Part shown: positions 25,136 through 32,610 of the stretch, piece after piece
Layout of the letters: each line of letters starts with the position of its first letter
Numbering within the stretch: position 1 is the stretch's first letter
DNA from: a virus
IMG/VR virus record: IMGVR_UViG_3300002098_000018
Reading direction: 5' to 3' (one strand)
DNA length: 35,397 bases
Notes under the pieces: generated by a model
What the model saw: the letters and a program-made list of their open reading frames with translations, nothing else
Told to the model about the DNA's origin: nothing
Database searches by the model: none
Program-made: the position numbers and the translations under genes

Positions 25136-27204
25136 TGGCAGCTGCACAAAAGAAAGTTACAAATCTTGGTGTTATTCCAGCTGTAGCTGTAGGTAAACAA
25201 GATGATTCAGAGCCACAAGAGATTGATCTAAACGAGCTGGCATCTACATTGCCGCCTGCGCAAGATACAAGCCCTGGCACTGTAGAATACGATCTATCTA
25301 AATTGCATCAAGTTGTTAAGCCTTATAAAGAGCCTAAAAAACTTGGATTGTTAGAATCAATGCAAGGGCCTTATGCTAAAAATGAGCCATTGAAACTTGA
25401 AAAGCAATTTGCATCATTGGCTGATACGGCATTAAATCTGCCTGCAGCCGTTGCAAGTATTGGCACTTATGCTGCTGCAAGGCCATTTACAACACCAGAA
25501 CGCGCTCAAGAGCTATCTGGCAAAGTAAGCTCATACCTTGAAAATCCTATTGGTCAAGCAACTGGCATTACTGAATCACCAGCATATAAAGGTGAAGGCA
25601 GCCGCCAGTTAATGGACTTCATTGGCCAAAATATTCACAAAGGCGCTTCATGGGTAGCTGAAAAAGCAGGAATTCCTGTGCAAGACGTTGAAAATATTGC
25701 CAATTCATTAAGTTTTGCTGCGGTTCCAGAAGCTGTGAAGTTAGGCGTTAAAGGTGTTAATAAAGTAACACCTATTGCAAGCCGAGCAACACAAGCAATC
25801 CAGGATCAATTTGCTGCTCGTAAAGGGCCACAGGAAACTGTTGCATCTGAATACTTGCCTAATATTCCTGGCGAATCAACTGCTGGGCCAATCCATGATT
25901 TACATCCAGCGTTAGCTGCTATTGTTACTGACGCTCAAAAACGTGGCTTGCCAATTAATGCAGAAGCGCTTGCTAGACAAAATGAAGCATTATCGCTTGG
26001 TGTTGATCTTACAGAAGGTCAACGCACACAAGATCCGATGCTTATCTCTAAAGAACGTAACGAGCGCGGAATTAAAGAGCAATTGGTTAATAAGTTTAAC
26101 GAACAAAACCAACAATTAAAAAATGTTGCTGAAAACTTCAAAGCTAAAGTTGGCCCAGAAAATGCAGCTGATAACTATGTAACAAATTCAGAGCATATTT
26201 TGGCATTAACTAAAGATCAAATAGATGCAAACAATAAAATCGCTAAAGAGGCTTATCAAAAACTTGATGAGGCTTCTGGTGGTAAATTGCCTATTGATGG
26301 TAGGGCCGTTGGTAACAATGCGCTAGAAGCATTAAAATCTGCTGACATTGAGGAATATGTACCAGGCACCATTTTAAGCAAGCTCAAGAGCTACGCAGAG
26401 GGCGGCAAAGAGATGAATTTTAATCTTTTTGAAAATTTACGCACTCAACTTGCTAATGAATCACGCAAAGCAGAACGCGCTGGCGATGGCAACACTGTTC
26501 ACGCATTAAGCGTTGTTAGAACTGAATTAGAAAACTTGCCATTAACTAATGAAGCTGGCGGAATTAAAACATTAGCAGATGAAGCTCGATCAGCTTTTCG
26601 CGCTAATCGTCAATTGGAAGCTAACAATCAATTTTATGGCAAAGCAGCTCGCGGCAGTTTGGATTCTGCAAATCTAATTCAATCAACTGTATTCGGTGTT
26701 AAAAATGATTATTTTGGCCATGTAATGGATATAGTTGCAAAAGATCCTGCAGCCAAACAACATCTGGCCCAGGGCACTGTTGACTATATGCTATCTAAAT
26801 CTACAGACGGCAGCGGCAATCTTAATCCTATGAAAATGGCTAAATACATTGATGATCTAGATCGCAATAAACGTTTAGAGCCATTATTCGGTAAAGATGA
26901 AGCAGCGCAGATGAGAAAATATGCTCGCGTATCTCGTTACACTAAATCAGCGCCAGAAGGTTCATTCGTTAATTACTCTAATACAGCGCCAGCTGCTGCA
27001 CAGCTTATTCAACAATATGGCCCTGCTGCTGCGGAAGTTGTTGGCTCTCAATTTGGTTTGCCTGGTGGATCTCAAGCTGCAAGCTGGGTAGGCGAAAAAA
27101 TGCAACAACGCGCAACTAAAAAGCAAGCTAAAAAATCAACAAGCCCAGAAGCTGGTATTGTTGGCAACAAAATCTCAGAATCATTTAACTTTGGTAAGGA
27201 CTAA
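25135..27204 (+). CDS. Ejection/internal virion protein 3 (689 aa; positional analog of P22 gp16)
   Basis: TAATG overlap with the upstream gene. Large helical A/E/K-rich protein. Assigned by synteny. Confidence 0.5.
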   Translation: MAAAQKKVTNLGVIPAVAVGKQDDSEPQEIDLNELASTLPPAQDTSPGTVEYDLSKLHQVVKPYKEPKKLGLLESMQGPYAKNEPLKLEKQFASLADTALNLPAAVASIGTYAAARPFTTPERAQELSGKVSSYLENPIGQATGITESPAYKGEGSRQLMDFIGQNIHKGASWVAEKAGIPVQDVENIANSLSFAAVPEAVKLGVKGVNKVTPIASRATQAIQDQFAARKGPQETVASEYLPNIPGESTAGPIHDLHPALAAIVTDAQKRGLPINAEALARQNEALSLGVDLTEGQRTQDPMLISKERNERGIKEQLVNKFNEQNQQLKNVAENFKAKVGPENAADNYVTNSEHILALTKDQIDANNKIAKEAYQKLDEASGGKLPIDGRAVGNNALEALKSADIEEYVPGTILSKLKSYAEGGKEMNFNLFENLRTQLANESRKAERAGDGNTVHALSVVRTELENLPLTNEAGGIKTLADEARSAFRANRQLEANNQFYGKAARGSLDSANLIQSTVFGVKNDYFGHVMDIVAKDPAAKQHLAQGTVDYMLSKSTDGSGNLNPMKMAKYIDDLDRNKRLEPLFGKDEAAQMRKYARVSRYTKSAPEGSFVNYSNTAPAAAQLIQQYGPAAAEVVGSQFGLPGGSQAASWVGEKMQQRATKKQAKKSTSPEAGIVGNKISESFNFGKD

Positions 27205-27206
27205 AC

Positions 27207-27443
27207 ATGGACTGGCAAGCAATCATTAACTTTTCGATCTGTGGTATCTTTACTGTAATTGGATGGTTTTTAAAACAATTGTGGGATAGTATTCAATCTC
27301 TTAAAAATGACATTAAAAGCATTGAAGTTAGTTTGCCTACACATTACGTTAGACAATCAGACTTAAACACTCGATTCGATAAGCTAGAAGCTATCTTGGA
27401 TCGCATATTTGACAAACTAGATAGCAAAGCAGATAAGGACTAA
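27207..27443 (+). CDS. Membrane-anchored coiled-coil protein (78 aa, one N-terminal TM segment)
   Basis: IINFSICGIFTVIGWFL hydrophobic segment followed by a charged helical tail. Function unknown (holin / i-spanin-like topology; occupies the P22 sieA position). Confidence 0.55.
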   Translation: MDWQAIINFSICGIFTVIGWFLKQLWDSIQSLKNDIKSIEVSLPTHYVRQSDLNTRFDKLEAILDRIFDKLDSKADKD

Positions 27444-27445
27444 TC

Positions 27446-28207
27446 ATGTCAGTTAATTTATCACCTGTAGGAAACGCAGCGCAGTTTTTAACGGCAACAG
27501 GTATTCCGTTGGCTGGCGGTAAGTTATACACTTATCAAGCTGGATCATCTACACCGTTTACAACTTACACAGACGTTGATGGTCACATTGCTAATACTAA
27601 TCCTATTATTTTAAATGCTGACGGCCGCTTGCCTGCAGAGGTTTGGCTATCAGCTGGTTATAGTTATAAATTTGTGCTTAAAGATGCAAGCGATGTATTA
27701 ATTGCAACGTATGACAATCTTTATGGAATTATTGGCACTATTCCAGCAGTAACAGCAATTCCAGCTGGCATTATTACTTTATGGTCTGGCGCAATTGGAT
27801 CTGTTCCTAGTGGCTGGAATCTTTGTGACGGCACTAATGGTACTCCAGATTTACGCGATCGTTTTATTGTTGGCGCTGGTAACAATTATGCAGTAGCTGC
27901 AATTGGCGGTACTGCGGACGCAATTGTTGTTTCGCATACTCACACCGCAACAGTAACGGATCCAAGCCATTACCACATGACAGATGGCACCAATGGCGGC
28001 AATAAAACTGTTGTGTTTTTAGGTACAGATGGGCCATTTGATTATACTTCAACCCATGCAAATCCTAATGATGCTGATTATATTACTGGATCAAAAACTG
28101 GTACTGCATCAACCGGCATTACTGTTGCAAACCAATCAACCGGTACAAGCGGCACTGGCCAAAACTTGCCACCTTACTATGCTTTAGCGTATATTCAAAA
28201 ACTATGA
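27446..28207 (+). CDS. Short tail fibre with a phage tail-collar domain
   Basis: GIITLWSGAIGSVPSGWNLCDGTNGTPDLRDRFIVGAG is the Collar-domain signature. N-terminus GGKLYTYQAGSSTPFTTYTD...NTNPIILNADGR is typical of fibre/spike N-termini. Confidence 0.8.
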   Translation: MSVNLSPVGNAAQFLTATGIPLAGGKLYTYQAGSSTPFTTYTDVDGHIANTNPIILNADGRLPAEVWLSAGYSYKFVLKDASDVLIATYDNLYGIIGTIPAVTAIPAGIITLWSGAIGSVPSGWNLCDGTNGTPDLRDRFIVGAGNNYAVAAIGGTADAIVVSHTHTATVTDPSHYHMTDGTNGGNKTVVFLGTDGPFDYTSTHANPNDADYITGSKTGTASTGITVANQSTGTSGTGQNLPPYYALAYIQKL

Positions 28208-28620
28208 TAAATAGCAAAAGCCTGGATGATTTGCATCCAAAAGTAAAAGCGTTAGCGTTAGAGTTTCAAAAAGCCTGTGCTGAAAAAGGCATGGATATTT
28301 TAATCTACAGCACTTATAGAGATGGTGAAGCGCAAAACAAACTTTATGCACAGGGCCGCACAGAAAAAGGCAACATCGTTACCAATGCTCGTGCTGGTGA
28401 ATCTATGCACAATTATCATCTTGCTTTTGATTGGGTTCCTATGCTTCATGGAAAGGCCCTTTGGAATGATCATGTTGCTTATGCGACTTGTGGCAAGATA
28501 GCAGAGGATCTTGGTTTAGAATGGGCTGGCAGATGGTCTGGTAAGTTAAAGGAAACCGCACACTGTCAATTTACTGGCGGTTTATCATTACATGATTTAC
28601 AAAAAGGAAAAACACTATGA
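28204..28620 (+). CDS. Endolysin, peptidase M15 family (L-alanyl-D-glutamate / D-Ala-D-Ala peptidase type)
   Basis: STYRDGEAQNKLYAQGRT...VTNARAGESMHNYHLAFD...LGLEWAGRW...ETAHCQ (H..D...H zinc ligands). Confidence 0.85.
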   Translation: MINSKSLDDLHPKVKALALEFQKACAEKGMDILIYSTYRDGEAQNKLYAQGRTEKGNIVTNARAGESMHNYHLAFDWVPMLHGKALWNDHVAYATCGKIAEDLGLEWAGRWSGKLKETAHCQFTGGLSLHDLQKGKTL

Positions 28621-28793
28621 AAGATTTTATCTTAGCTCGCGGTAAAGAAGCATCAACATGGCGTGGTTTAGTAGCGCTTTTAACAGCTGTAGGCGTGACA
28701 ATTTCACCAGATCAAGGCGAAGCTATTGTTGCTTTAGGTTTAGCTGTTATTGGTGCTATTGGTGTATTTACGGCTGACAAACCAGCAGCATAA
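28617..28793 (+). CDS. Putative holin (58 aa, two TM segments; below the track cutoff)
   Basis: MKDFILARGKEASTWRGLVALLTAVGVTISPDQGEAIVALGLAVIGAIGVFTADKPAA. ATGA overlap with the endolysin stop. Confidence 0.6.
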   Translation: MKDFILARGKEASTWRGLVALLTAVGVTISPDQGEAIVALGLAVIGAIGVFTADKPAA

Positions 28794-28984
28794 TGCTTAC
28801 GTTTTTATCTATCTTAGACAAGCTGCTCACTCTTATTCAAGGGTGGGCCATTGTCAAAGAACAAAAAGACGCACAAGAGCAACGCAATGAAATTGAAAAC
28901 AATCCTAGCGGCTGGTTTACTACTCACTTTAGTGGGATGCCAACCGATTCTAGTCAAGCCGACAAAACCAATCCTAAAAATTGA
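28793..28984 (+). CDS. Putative i-spanin / lysis accessory membrane protein (63 aa)
   Basis: TAATG coupling to the holin. Hydrophobic N-terminus. Contains the start of the lipoprotein gene in another frame (overlapped spanin architecture). Confidence 0.45.
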   Translation: MLTFLSILDKLLTLIQGWAIVKEQKDAQEQRNEIENNPSGWFTTHFSGMPTDSSQADKTNPKN

Positions 28985-29084
28985 ACAACGAGCCGATGGC
29001 GGATTTTGCGTAGATCGCGAAAATGCTAGTAAGCTCGGTGATTATATTTTGGAACTTGAGAGAGTGAACAATGCAACTCGATGA
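28887..29084 (+). CDS. Putative o-spanin (outer-membrane lipoprotein, 65 aa)
   Basis: MKLKTILAAGLLLTLVGC signal peptide with an LVGC lipobox, then a Pro-rich QPILVKPTKP stretch. Starts inside the previous ORF. Confidence 0.7.
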   Translation: MKLKTILAAGLLLTLVGCQPILVKPTKPILKIEQRADGGFCVDRENASKLGDYILELERVNNATR

Positions 29085-30231
29085 GGGATTCAAAGATTTT
29101 GCAACAGAAAAACAATCATTCTATATAGACGCATTAAACCAACACGGTACATATAGAAAAGCAGCTAAAGAAATAGGTGTTTGCCCTGGTACTATTCAAA
29201 ACGCAATAGCGGCCGTTAAACGCAGAGCTGCAAAGCAAGGATACTCACCCCAGCATGACATGACAAAAGTGGCTCCAGAGCCATTTATTGTGCGTGGCGT
29301 GTCAACTTATTACAACAAAGACGGCAAAGCATCTGGCCAATGGGTAAAAACTCGCATTGATGATGCCAAGCTGCAGCTGATCATGGCTGAAACCATCGAA
29401 GCGATGAAAGAGGAAATTCCTCGCGTTGCAATAATGGCAGCGCCGCCTTTAGGAAAAGACAATCTCTTAAACTGTTACGTTATTACTGACTATCACATGG
29501 GGATGCTATCTTGGAAAGAGGAAACTGGCGCAGACTGGGATCTATCTATTGCCCAGGATCTAATCGTTAAATGGTTTGCTCAAGCTATTCAACAATCACC
29601 AGATGCTAATACTGCTATATTTGCGCAGCTGTCAGACTTCTTACATTTTGATGGGATGGATGCCGTAACGCCAGCATCTAAGCATCTACTAGATGTTGAC
29701 ACGCGATTTGCAAAAGTAGTCCGTTCCGCAATACGAGTATTGAGGACTGTTATTGATATGTTATTGGCAAAGCATCAAAAAGTCCATGTGATTATGGCCG
29801 ATGCTAATCACGATCCTGTATCACAGATCTGGCTGCGCGAATGGTTTAGCGTTTTATATGAAAATGAGCCCAGGATCACAGTAGATAAATCACCGTCACC
29901 TTATAACGCTTATGAGTTTGGCAAAACTGCATTGTTTTTCCATCATGGCCACAAGCGCAAAGTTGAAAACGTTAGTGATGTATTTGTGGGCCAATTCCGT
30001 GAGATGTTTGGCAGAACTAAACACGCCTACGCTCACACTGGCCATCTGCACTCCGTAAACGTAAAAGAAAATAACTTGATGATAGTAGAGCAGCACAGAA
30101 CTTTAGCGCCTGCTGACGCTTACGCTGCGCGTGGTGGATGGCTATCGGGCCGTGATGCTAAAGTGATTACATATCACAGCACCTATGGCGAAGTAAGTAG
30201 ATTGACTATCAACTCCGATATGCTAAAATAA
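29071..30231 (+). CDS. HTH domain fused to a calcineurin-like metallophosphoesterase (386 aa)
   Basis: N-terminal HTH (TEKQSFYIDALNQHGTYRKAAKEIGVCPGTIQNAIAAVKRR). MPE motifs in canonical order: ITDYHMG, SDFLHFDG, ADANHDP, FFHHGHK, HTGHLHS. Confidence 0.65.
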   Translation: MQLDEGFKDFATEKQSFYIDALNQHGTYRKAAKEIGVCPGTIQNAIAAVKRRAAKQGYSPQHDMTKVAPEPFIVRGVSTYYNKDGKASGQWVKTRIDDAKLQLIMAETIEAMKEEIPRVAIMAAPPLGKDNLLNCYVITDYHMGMLSWKEETGADWDLSIAQDLIVKWFAQAIQQSPDANTAIFAQLSDFLHFDGMDAVTPASKHLLDVDTRFAKVVRSAIRVLRTVIDMLLAKHQKVHVIMADANHDPVSQIWLREWFSVLYENEPRITVDKSPSPYNAYEFGKTALFFHHGHKRKVENVSDVFVGQFREMFGRTKHAYAHTGHLHSVNVKENNLMIVEQHRTLAPADAYAARGGWLSGRDAKVITYHSTYGEVSRLTINSDMLK

Positions 30232-30257
30232 ATTTGCTTTCTCCAAGCACCCCATTT

Positions 30258-30287
30258 TCCCCAGGCTAAATACTTGGGGATTTTTTT
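30258..30287 (+). terminator. Rho-independent terminator ending the late/lysis transcription unit
   Basis: CCCCAGG-CTAAATA-CTTGGGG hairpin (7 bp, one G-U pair) followed by T7. The T-tract ends at the first base of the tRNA. Confidence 0.8.
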
Positions 30288-30363
30288 GCCCTCTTAGCTC
30301 ATCTGGTAGAGCAACGCACTTGTAATGCGTAGGTGGTCTGTTCAAGTCAGACAGAGGGCACCA
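30288..30363 (+). tRNA. tRNA-Thr (anticodon UGU), CCA encoded
   Basis: Manual cloverleaf: acceptor GCCCTCT/AGAGGGC, D arm GCTC-ATCTGGTA-GAGC, anticodon arm ACGCA-CTTGTAA-TGCGT, variable loop AGGTG, T arm GTCTG-TTCAAGT-CAGAC, A73, CCA. Confidence 0.9.
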
Positions 30364-30409
30364 CATCTTTACAATTACAGTTTAAAAACTTGACAATAAC
30401 TAAACTCAA

Positions 30410-30437
30410 AGTTTACAAAAGCAACAAAATGTAAACT
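30410..30437. repeat. 8-bp inverted repeat AGTTTACA-N12-TGTAAACT in the non-coding region
   Basis: Read directly from the sequence. Confidence 0.6.
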
Positions 30438-30456
30438 ATATATACTAAATATATAT

Positions 30457-30492
30457 TTAACTATTCATTTAACTATTCATTTAACTATTCAT
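30457..30492. repeat. Three perfect tandem copies of the 12-bp unit TTAACTATTCAT
   Basis: Read directly from the sequence. Lies in the AT-rich non-coding region between the convergent late and early-left units. Confidence 0.95.
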
Positions 30493-30553
30493 TGTGTCTA
30501 ATATATTTGACACTACTTTTGTAGCTTGTAATAAATCGTTAAATATTCCAGAC

Positions 30554-30579
30554 AAAAAAATAGTCCCGTTTTGGGACTA
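30554..30579 (-). terminator. Rho-independent terminator of the leftward early operon
   Basis: TAGTCCC-GTTTT-GGGACTA hairpin preceded on the plus strand by A7, which is a T7 tail on the minus strand. A second hairpin, GTAACG-TTATA-CGTTAC, lies at 30588-30604. Confidence 0.75.
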
Positions 30580-30607
30580 TGTTATGCGTAACGTTATACG
30601 TTACAGT

Positions 30608-30856
30608 TTAAAAAGGAATATCCTCATCTGCTGGTGCTTCTACTGGCGCTTGATTACCAGGTTTGCTATCTTTAGGCAATGGCACTCGCATCTGCAGCCA
30701 ACCGTCAAAATTGATCGGCAGCGTTTCAATGTTTAATGCTGTACCGCCTTTGTTGTTTTCAATTGCCACGCCGCATTTAATCCAGCGCACCTTTTTTTCA
30801 CCATCTTTGTTTGTGTATTCGCCAGCTTTAGCGATCAATTCATGCGTTATTGCCAT
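30608..30856 (-). CDS. Very short SSB-like protein (82 aa) with a C-terminal acidic DEDIPF tip
   Basis: Ends ...APADEDIPF (compare E. coli SSB DDDIPF). Sits downstream of the annealase/exonuclease genes, where phage SSBs usually lie. Confidence 0.6.
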   Translation of the reverse strand: MAITHELIAKAGEYTNKDGEKKVRWIKCGVAIENNKGGTALNIETLPINFDGWLQMRVPLPKDSKPGNQAPVEAPADEDIPF

Positions 30857-30995
30857 TTTGTTTCCCTTCTAGTTTAGTGATTGGTTTTGCTAATCTGTAT
30901 TTATCCCCGAGTAACTGAATGGCTGCTGCCAATTTCTTTTGATAATCTTTGTTAGGTTTAGGTGATGTCATGCCGTAAACAGAATTAATTAACAT
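30840..30995 (-). CDS. Possible small ORF (51 aa; below the track cutoff)
   Basis: ATGTTAA start/stop overlap with the upstream gene. MLINSVYGMTSPKPNKDYQKKLAAAIQLLGDKYRLAKPITKLEGKQNGNNA. Overlaps the SSB-like start by 17 nt. Confidence 0.35.
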   Translation of the reverse strand: MLINSVYGMTSPKPNKDYQKKLAAAIQLLGDKYRLAKPITKLEGKQNGNNA

Positions 30996-31315
30996 AATTT
31001 CTCCCATAATGATGCGTTAGCTTGATGTGCTTTTGGATTCTTAACCTGGTTATATCCACAATGCTTAATCAACTGCTCTTTTTTAGCTTTGTGCATAATA
31101 GATCCCCAGGCACGATGCGTTGGCGGATCTGGCAGCATAAATTTATCAGCTGCAAATCGTCTAACATCCTCGCACATAAACGGATTATTGGTTTGCTGCA
31201 CATAAACTTTCAAAATATCATACGCTGCAGCCGCCCAGTCTGGATGAACTTTATTGGCATGAGTAACAGCTCGATCAATGCCAACAAGTTTTAATGCTTT
31301 GCCAAAATTAAACAT
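30989..31315 (-). CDS. Hypothetical early protein (108 aa)
   Basis: The FMCEDVRRFA...PPTHRAWGSIMHKAKKEQLIKHCGY motif is seen in other phage early proteins (from memory). Confidence 0.6.
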   Translation of the reverse strand: MFNFGKALKLVGIDRAVTHANKVHPDWAAAAYDILKVYVQQTNNPFMCEDVRRFAADKFMLPDPPTHRAWGSIMHKAKKEQLIKHCGYNQVKNPKAHQANASLWEKLC

Positions 31316-31316
31316 A

Positions 31317-31922
31317 TTATAGTTTCCCTAGTTTATTAACGGTTTCCTCAACTTCATTTAAAAACTTTGTAACTTCTGTTTCCATATTTTCTATGTATTC
31401 ATCATCGCGATTAACACGAATAACACATAGCTGCAGCGCTTCTGGTAGATCTGCACAATAAGATACAAAATCAACCCATTTTCCCTCTGTGCAAGCCATC
31501 TGCCATTGCATCTGGGCCATATACTTTGATGGTGCTGTTTGGCTAGTTAATGTTTCAATGTGATTGGCAGCCGTAGGACATTTAATCTCAATCAATCCAT
31601 CTTTGCCAACCAGGCCATCTGGGCTGCAGCCAGACATTGCGATCTCTGGATGCTCAACAAAACCAATCTCTGTAACGAAAGTGCTTGTTTTTATCTCGTA
31701 TAAAGATCTGGCAATAGGTTCTAATTCAATGCCGCGCTCCATGTGAGAATTGGTAAAACTTTCCTCTTTTTTACCTGTCAGACGCTCACATACCAATTGC
31801 ATCCGATAGTTTTTGCGAGTTGCAGCTTCACCGCTTTTGATTGTGGCCATTACATCTGCTACACGGCTGGCTGTTACTTTACCAACACGCTGCGCAAACC
31901 AGGCTTCTGTGCGCTGTTCCAT
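31317..31922 (-). CDS. YqaJ-type (lambda Exo-like) recombination exonuclease
   Basis: QRTEAWFAQRVGKVTASRVADV...ERGIELEPIAR...SPDGLV...GLIEIKCP is the YqaJ / PD-(D/E)XK signature. Confidence 0.85.
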   Translation of the reverse strand: MEQRTEAWFAQRVGKVTASRVADVMATIKSGEAATRKNYRMQLVCERLTGKKEESFTNSHMERGIELEPIARSLYEIKTSTFVTEIGFVEHPEIAMSGCSPDGLVGKDGLIEIKCPTAANHIETLTSQTAPSKYMAQMQWQMACTEGKWVDFVSYCADLPEALQLCVIRVNRDDEYIENMETEVTKFLNEVEETVNKLGKL

Positions 31923-32515
31923 TATTCAGCACCTTTCGCTAATTCTTTAAAATGTGCACCGTTGATGGCCCAGAACTTTGCTGCTTTTTCTTTGCCCATC
32001 TCTGTCGCTATTTTTAACCAAACTTTGTGCAGCTCCGCTTCGCCTTTTTCTGCTGCAGCCGTTAGAGTTTCGCCGTACTCGATTGTTTTATCCTCTGGCT
32101 CTGGTAAATCCTCGCCGCTGTAGATATATAAACCAATTCCATGTAATGCGATCGCTTTAGCTAGGCAACGCTGCATCCCAGTATTAACGGCCATTGCGTC
32201 TGGATTAGGAATTGCTTTATTACGAAAATCGATTACCGGTAATTGCGCTGTCATAGATTTTCCAAACGCTGTCACTGTGCAAAATACCATTAAAGTATCG
32301 TTAAATTTAACAGGCTCACCATAAACCCAGGTAGCTGTTGGATCTTGCTGCAGCAATGTATCTACAGCCCAGGCCCATGATAAATAAGTAAGGCCATTTT
32401 TAGTTTCAGTTTTATCGTTTACATTAATCTTGCGTAATTCTGCGAATGATGTCATTTTGCTTTGCTCCATTTTTAATTGATCCATTACTTCAGTTTGGAA
32501 TTGTTGTTGGCTCAT
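31922..32515 (-). CDS. Rad52-like single-strand annealing protein (Sak / DUF1071 family)
   Basis: NGLTYLSWAWAVDTLLQQDPTATW...MQRCLAKAIALHGIGLYIY. Start placed at the ATG at 32515 (ATGA overlap with the upstream mini-ORF). Confidence 0.75.
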   Translation of the reverse strand: MSQQQFQTEVMDQLKMEQSKMTSFAELRKINVNDKTETKNGLTYLSWAWAVDTLLQQDPTATWVYGEPVKFNDTLMVFCTVTAFGKSMTAQLPVIDFRNKAIPNPDAMAVNTGMQRCLAKAIALHGIGLYIYSGEDLPEPEDKTIEYGETLTAAAEKGEAELHKVWLKIATEMGKEKAAKFWAINGAHFKELAKGAE

Positions 32516-32610
32516 AAGCAATACCACCATTTTAGGAAAGTATATAAAAAGAACGCTCCAACAACTACAGTCCAGAACACCAACCATTTATCTACATTTT
32601 GATTTTGCAT
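32512..32610 (-). CDS. 32-aa hydrophobic peptide (single TM segment)
   Basis: Manual translation MQNQNVDKWLVFWTVVVGAFFLYTFLKWWYCL. GGAG lies 7 nt upstream. Its TGA overlaps the annealase ATG (ATGA). Confidence 0.45.
   Translation of the reverse strand: MQNQNVDKWLVFWTVVVGAFFLYTFLKWWYCL

Noticed and set aside
30390-30419. Perfect -35 hexamer TTGACA after the tRNA, considered as a promoter
   Set aside because: There is no acceptable -10 at 16-18 bp (TTACAA or TACAAA, lacking the invariant final T). Nothing coding lies downstream on the plus strand.
30457-30492. Tandem repeats considered as a possible CRISPR mini-array
   Set aside because: The units are contiguous 12-mers with no spacers, there are only three copies, and there are no cas genes. 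This is a simple tandem repeat or binding-site array.
30288-30500. tRNA plus adjacent repeats considered as attP for tRNA-targeted integration
   Set aside because: The tRNA is full length with an intact cloverleaf and CCA rather than a 3' fragment. No integrase or excisionase is detectable anywhere in the genome. The idea survives only as a speculative note under the phosphoesterase finding.
30494-30872. Plus-strand ORFs 30494..30736 (GTG start) and 30663..30872
   Set aside because: They are antisense to the well-supported SSB-like gene, and 30494..30736 also runs through the minus-strand terminator. There is no RBS, and the sequence is Cys/Trp/Arg-rich shadow-frame composition.
31022-32160. 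Plus-strand ORFs 31022..31294, 31564..31746, 31743..32123 and 31978..32160
   Set aside because: Antisense to the exonuclease, the annealase and the 108-aa early gene of the leftward operon. They are shadow ORFs.
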